This document shows, piece by piece, positions 59,272 through 64,000 of a stretch of DNA of 64,000 nt. Where the stretch lies: the NCBI GenBank assembly GCA_963725865.1, contig CAVSAC010000012.1:320001-384000 (forward strand). The letters run 5' to 3'. This DNA is from Candidatus Eiseniibacteriota bacterium. GTDB taxonomy: Bacteria; Eisenbacteria; RBG-16-71-46. How positions within the stretch are numbered: position 1 is the first letter of the stretch; every line of letters begins with the position of its first letter. The translations under genes and the position numbers were made by a program. The notes beneath the pieces are model-generated. The model had not been told where the DNA came from. It searched no databases and saw only the letters and a list, made by a program, of their open reading frames with translations.

Positions 59272-60501
59272 GTGTCGATCCATGGTTCCCTCAACACGCG
59301 CCGCGCCGGATTGCTGCTGGCCGCACTGCTGGCGGTCGCCGGCGGCGCCCGCGCCGACGTCGTGACCGACGCCAATGCGAAGGCCGCGGCGATCGCCTCC
59401 ACCGCGCGCGCGACTCCAGTCGCCGTGCGGACGATGGCGCTGGTCCAGGTCTCGGTGTTCGACGCGGTCGTCGCGATCACTGGTCGCTACCATCCGCTGA
59501 TCGCGACGCCGGCCGCGCCGGCCGCGCCGGCGGGGGCGTCGGACGCGGCGGCGGTGGCCGCGGCGACGCGCGCCGTGCTGCTCGCGCTGATGCCGGCCGA
59601 GCGCGTGGCGATCGAGGCCGACTACCAGGCCGCGCTGGCGCCGCTGCCCGAGGGCCGCGCGAAGGCCGACGGCATCGCGGTCGGCGAGCAGGCGGCGGCG
59701 GCGGTGCTCGCCGCGCGGGCCGGCGATGGTGCCGACGCGCTGGTCGCCTATCGGCCGCTGACCACGCCCGGCGTCTACGTGCCGACCACGCTGCCGCTGG
59801 TGCCCCAGTGGGGCGGGCGCAAGCCCTGGTTCATGAGCGCCGGGAACCAGTTCCGCCCCGGGCCGCCGCCGCGCCTCGACAGCGACACGTGGAGGCGCGA
59901 CCTCGCCGAGCTCGTGGCGCTCGGCGGCCGGAACAGCACCCGGCGCACGCCGGAGCAGACCGCGATCGCACGCTTCTGGGAGACCACCTCGCCGGCCGTC
60001 TACTGGCCGGTCGTGCGCGGCGTCGCGACCGCCGGCGGCCGCGACGCGAGCGACACCGCGCGCCTGCTGGCGGTGGCGGCGGTGGCCATGGATGACGCGA
60101 TGATCGCGGTGTTCGACGCCAAGTACGCCTACCAGCTGTGGCGTCCGATCACGGCCATTCGCAACGCTCCGCCGGACGTGCGCGATCCGAGCTGGGAGCC
60201 GCTGATCGAGACGCCGATGCACCCCGAGTATCCGTGCGCGCACTGCATCGTCTCGGCCGCCGTCGGCGTTGTGCTCGATGCGTCGATCGGTGGCGGACCA
60301 TCGCCGACGCTCGCCACCAGGAGTCCGACCGCCGGCGGCGCGGAGCGCACGTGGGCGAGCACCGCCGCGTTCGTGAAGGAGATCGCCGAGGCACGCATCT
60401 GGGCCGGGGTGCACTATCGCAACTCGACCGAGGTCGGCGACGCGATGGGCCGCAAGATCGGCGCGTTGGCGCAGAAGAGCTTCCCGGGCGCGACGCGGTG
60501 A
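59272..60501 (+). CDS. Secreted vanadium-dependent haloperoxidase / PAP2 superfamily protein
   Basis: Signal peptide; DAKYAYQLWRPITAIR, HPEYPCAH, RIWAGVHY. Confidence 0.88.
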   Translation: MSIHGSLNTRRAGLLLAALLAVAGGARADVVTDANAKAAAIASTARATPVAVRTMALVQVSVFDAVVAITGRYHPLIATPAAPAAPAGASDAAAVAAATRAVLLALMPAERVAIEADYQAALAPLPEGRAKADGIAVGEQAAAAVLAARAGDGADALVAYRPLTTPGVYVPTTLPLVPQWGGRKPWFMSAGNQFRPGPPPRLDSDTWRRDLAELVALGGRNSTRRTPEQTAIARFWETTSPAVYWPVVRGVATAGGRDASDTARLLAVAAVAMDDAMIAVFDAKYAYQLWRPITAIRNAPPDVRDPSWEPLIETPMHPEYPCAHCIVSAAVGVVLDASIGGGPSPTLATRSPTAGGAERTWASTAAFVKEIAEARIWAGVHYRNSTEVGDAMGRKIGALAQKSFPGATR

Positions 60502-60669
60502 GTCCGCTCTTGCACCTGGCGCCGGCTCTCGTGGTCCCAGGAGGTGCGCTCACGCACCGCGGGCCTTCCGCTCGTCGGCGGCGCACCCGGCGCGTGGCGC
60601 GAAAGCGACTCGGGGCGTACTGTCCCGGGCACTCGGCCCCCCTCGAGTCTCGGCCCCGGAGACCACGTC

Positions 60670-61905
60670 ATGAAGCACAAGCGACTCTGGATCGCGGCCG
60701 CGGTGGTGGTCCTGGCGGTCGCCGCCGCGTGGTTCGCCCTGCGCTCGGGTCGCAGTGCGGCGCCGATCTATCGCTACGCCGCGTTGGAGCGGGGGGACGT
60801 CGAGTCCACGATCTCGTCGACGGGTAAACTCAGCGCCGTGACCACCGTGCAGGTGGGGACGCAGGTCTCGGGACAAGTCTCGGCGATCTACGTCGATTTC
60901 AACGATCGCGTGAAGAAGGGACAGCTCATCGCCCGCATCGATCCGACGCTGCAGCAGCAGGCGGTGCAGGAAGCCGAGGCCGGACTCGCGAGCAACCGGG
61001 CCGAGCTCGACAAGGCCGAAGCCGACTACGCGCGTGGCAAGCAGCTGCACGACGGCCAGCTGATCAGCGACAGCGACCTCGAGGCGTTGACGTACGCGCT
61101 GGCGACGGCGCGGGCGAGATACCAGTCGGGGCAGGTCGCGCTCGAGAAGGCCAACCGCAACCTGGCGTACACCTCGATCCATGCGCCCATCGACGGCATC
61201 GTGATCGAGCGCAACGTGGACGTCGGCCAGACGGTCGCGGCGAGCCTGGCGACGCCGCAGATCTTCCTGATCGCCAACGATCTTTCGCAGCTGCAGATCC
61301 TCGCTTCGGTCGACGAGAGCGACGTCGGTCAGATCCACGAAGGCATGCCGGTGCGCTTCACCGTGCAGGCGAATGCCAAGCGGCCCTTCACCGGCGTCGT
61401 GCGCCAGCTGCGGCTCCAGTCCACGACGACGGAGAACGTCGTCAACTACACCGTCGTCATCAGCGTGAAGAACCCCGACGGCAAGCTGCTGCCCGGCATG
61501 ACGGCCACGGTCTCGTTCCTCACCGGCTCGGCCACCGACGTGTTCGTGGTGCCGAACGCCGCGCTGCGCATTCGCCCGACCCAGGCGATGCTCGCGCAGG
61601 TGGGCGCGGCGAACGCGGCCGCCGCGTCCGGTCCCGCCGACAGCGTCGGGGCGCGGCGCGCCGTGGGCGCGAAGCGCGCCACGTCGGAGGGACTCCTCTG
61701 GTACCGGGGCACCGACGGGAAGCTGGCGACCCTGCGCGTCGAGACCGGCATCACCGACGGACAGCGGAGCGAGGTGCGGGGCGCGGGCCTCGTCGCCGGC
61801 ATGCAGGTGGTGACCGGCACTTCGGCCAGCGCGGCGAACACGTCCTCGACCTCACCGAGTCCGTTCCAGCAGCAGTCGACGGGCCGACCGCCGGGAGGCT
61901 TCTGA
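60670..61905 (+). CDS. Efflux periplasmic adaptor subunit (MacA/HlyD-like)
   Basis: N-terminal TM; VQVGTQVSG..VDFND.VKKGQLIA, APIDGIV..GQTVAAS, LLPGMTA. Confidence 0.93.
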   Translation: MKHKRLWIAAAVVVLAVAAAWFALRSGRSAAPIYRYAALERGDVESTISSTGKLSAVTTVQVGTQVSGQVSAIYVDFNDRVKKGQLIARIDPTLQQQAVQEAEAGLASNRAELDKAEADYARGKQLHDGQLISDSDLEALTYALATARARYQSGQVALEKANRNLAYTSIHAPIDGIVIERNVDVGQTVAASLATPQIFLIANDLSQLQILASVDESDVGQIHEGMPVRFTVQANAKRPFTGVVRQLRLQSTTTENVVNYTVVISVKNPDGKLLPGMTATVSFLTGSATDVFVVPNAALRIRPTQAMLAQVGAANAAAASGPADSVGARRAVGAKRATSEGLLWYRGTDGKLATLRVETGITDGQRSEVRGAGLVAGMQVVTGTSASAANTSSTSPSPFQQQSTGRPPGGF

Positions 61906-61907
61906 CC

Positions 61908-62681
61908 ATGGACCCGCCGCCCACGTCCGTGCCCGCCGTCATTCGCCTCGAGTCGATCGCCAAGACCTACGGCTCCGGGGCCGCCGTGGTGCACGCTCTG
62001 CGCCACGTCGACCTGACGGTCGAGGCGGGCGACATGGTGGCCATCGTCGGCCCGTCGGGCTCGGGCAAGTCCACGCTCATGAACCTGATCGGCTGTCTCG
62101 ACGTGCCGACGTCGGGCAGCTACACGCTGGATGGGGTGCGCGTGGACAGCATGAGCACCGACGCCCTCGCGGACGTGCGCAACAGCAAGGTCGGGTTCGT
62201 ATTCCAGGGCTTCAACCTGCTGGCGCGCACCACCGCGGTCGAGAACGTCGAGCTCCCGCTGCTCTACGACCGCAAGGCGCGCTGGGGAAACACCGCGGCG
62301 ATGGCTCGCGAGGCCCTGACCCGCGTCGGGCTGGGCGACCGGTTCGAGCATCCCCCCAGCGAGCTGTCGGGTGGCCAGCAGCAGCGCGTGGCGATCGCGC
62401 GCGCGCTGGTCACGCAGCCCACGCTCGTGCTGGCCGACGAGCCGACGGGCAACCTCGACACGCGGACGTCGCTCGACGTGATGGTCCTGTTCCAGACCCT
62501 CAACCAGCAGGGCATCACGCTGCTGCTGGTCACGCACGAGACCGACATCGCGCGGTACGCCAGACGCATCGTCGAGGTGCGCGACGGCCGGATCCTTCGC
62601 GACGGGCCGGTCGCCCAGCGTCGCATCGCGGCGGATGATCTGCAGGCCATGGACGCGCTCGCGCCGGCCGAGGTGGCATGA
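61908..62681 (+). CDS. ABC transporter ATP-binding protein (MacB NBD-like)
   Basis: [33 protein letters not shown]. Confidence 0.95.
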   Translation: MDPPPTSVPAVIRLESIAKTYGSGAAVVHALRHVDLTVEAGDMVAIVGPSGSGKSTLMNLIGCLDVPTSGSYTLDGVRVDSMSTDALADVRNSKVGFVFQGFNLLARTTAVENVELPLLYDRKARWGNTAAMAREALTRVGLGDRFEHPPSELSGGQQQRVAIARALVTQPTLVLADEPTGNLDTRTSLDVMVLFQTLNQQGITLLLVTHETDIARYARRIVEVRDGRILRDGPVAQRRIAADDLQAMDALAPAEVA

Positions 62682-63895
62682 AGACCCAGATCCTGATCCG
62701 GATCGCCCTGCGCAGCATCGCCAGGAACAAGATGCGGACGCTGCTGACGACTCTGGGCGTGGTGATCGGAGTGGCGGCCGTGATCGTGATGGTCGGCGTG
62801 GGCTACGGCGCCAGCCGGAGCATCCAGAACAAGGTGAACGGCCTGGGCACAAACCTGCTCGTGCTCACCGCCGGAGCGAGCACGGCGGGGGGCGTGAGCC
62901 AGGGAGCGCAGACCTTCAACCGGCTCTCGATCGCCGACTACGAGAAGCTGGCCCGCGAGGCCACGACGCTGACCGCCGTGTCGCCGGTCGTGTTCACGCG
63001 CGCGCAGGCCATCGGCGGCGCCGGCAACTGGCGCACCGCGGTGAACGGAGTCGCCACCTCATATCCGCTAATCCGCGACTGGTCCGTGGCCACGGGCACG
63101 TTCTTCACCGATGACGATGTGACCGCCATCCGCAAAGTGGTCGTGCTCGGCCACACCGTCGCCCAGAACCTGTTCCCCGATACCGACCCCGTGGGCCAGG
63201 AGATCCAGCTGCGCAACGTGCCCTTCACGATCGTCGGCGTGCTGGCCGCCAAGGGACAGACGGCCTCGGGGAGTGACCAGGACGACGTCGTCCTGGTGCC
63301 CTACACCACGGCGCAGACGCGGCTGTCGGGTTTCAGCTTCATCGGGCAGATCCTCGCGAGCACGAACTCGCCGGGCGAGGTCGCCGCCGGGCAAGCGGAG
63401 ATCACGGCCATCATGCGCGAGGCGCACGGTATCGAGGAGGGCGACAACGACGACTTCACGGTGCGCAATCAGACCGAGCTGGCCGAGACCGCGCAGGCCA
63501 CGACCAAGGTGATGTCGTGGCTGCTCGCGGCGGTGGCTTCAATCTCGCTGCTGGTGGGCGGCATCGGCATCATGAACATCATGCTGGTGTCGGTCACCGA
63601 GCGCACCCGCGAGATCGGACTCCGGCTCGCGGTTGGCGCGCGCGGCTCGGACGTCCTGCGTCAGTTCCTGGTCGAGAGCATCGTGCTGAGCGCGATGGGC
63701 GGACTCATCGGCGTGGTCCTCGGGATCGCCGGCGCGGCCATCGTCGGGCGGATCACCGGCTGGAGCACCGCCGTGCCCACGCAGGCCGTGCCCGTGGCGG
63801 TGGGCTTCGCCGCCGCGGTGGGGGTGTTCTTCGGCTACTACCCCGCACGCAAGGCCGCGGCCCTGAACCCCATCGAAGCGCTGCGCTACGAATAG
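62678..63895 (+). CDS. ABC transporter permease (MacB/FtsX-like)
   Basis: [59 protein letters not shown]. Confidence 0.95.
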   Translation: MKTQILIRIALRSIARNKMRTLLTTLGVVIGVAAVIVMVGVGYGASRSIQNKVNGLGTNLLVLTAGASTAGGVSQGAQTFNRLSIADYEKLAREATTLTAVSPVVFTRAQAIGGAGNWRTAVNGVATSYPLIRDWSVATGTFFTDDDVTAIRKVVVLGHTVAQNLFPDTDPVGQEIQLRNVPFTIVGVLAAKGQTASGSDQDDVVLVPYTTAQTRLSGFSFIGQILASTNSPGEVAAGQAEITAIMREAHGIEEGDNDDFTVRNQTELAETAQATTKVMSWLLAAVASISLLVGGIGIMNIMLVSVTERTREIGLRLAVGARGSDVLRQFLVESIVLSAMGGLIGVVLGIAGAAIVGRITGWSTAVPTQAVPVAVGFAAAVGVFFGYYPARKAAALNPIEALRYE

Positions 63896-64000
63896 CCGCG
63901 GGGCAAGATCCCTCGCCGCACCCCTGGTTCGCTCGACGCCGCGATGTGCGAGGATGGGCCAGCGTCCCGACCACGCCACGACCCAGAGGTGACGTCCATG

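Noticed and set aside
63998..64000. ATG at the window end after GAGG
   Set aside because: Probably the start of the next gene, but nothing can be called from one codon.

Overview
This is a 64 kb window from a very GC-rich, diderm bacterium. Four secreted proteins end in a shared FlgD-Ig/T9SS-CTD-like domain, which suggests an FCB-group lineage such as Ca. Eisenbacteria (inference only). I find about 50 protein-coding genes and no rRNA, tRNA, CRISPR array, transposase or integrase. Content in order: a TonB-dependent receptor with a beta-propeller partner; M48 protease, heparinase II/III, S9-like hydrolase and HAD; a LiaF-like/LytS/LytTR operon; thrH; an lrp-lat-NUDIX/MBL operon; a four-gene DUF11/CnaB-type surface-fibre operon (17956-32122, minus strand); uup, yaeQ and an HI0933 flavoprotein; an ~11 kb island bounded by direct repeats that carries an OleA/OleD-like, glycosyltransferase, ABC and acyltransferase lipid cluster; an ArsR-SRPBCC cassette between 12-bp direct repeats; a Ser/Thr kinase; secreted propellers; a VHPO/PAP2 protein; and a MacAB-like ABC system. 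The most striking signal is the four-gene operon, whose Ig-like isopeptide-type domain is split between subunits. The putative shaft has an N-terminal Asn-bearing donor hairpin and a C-terminal Lys/Asp acceptor domain lacking that hairpin. The putative tip adhesin has only the acceptor, the outer-membrane barrel has only the donor, and a small secreted protein is an acceptor without the Lys and Asp. This predicts a sortase-independent, covalently polymerised donor-strand pilus, preceded by a near-consensus sigma-28 promoter. Several genes carry clustered frameshifts that may be sequencing errors.
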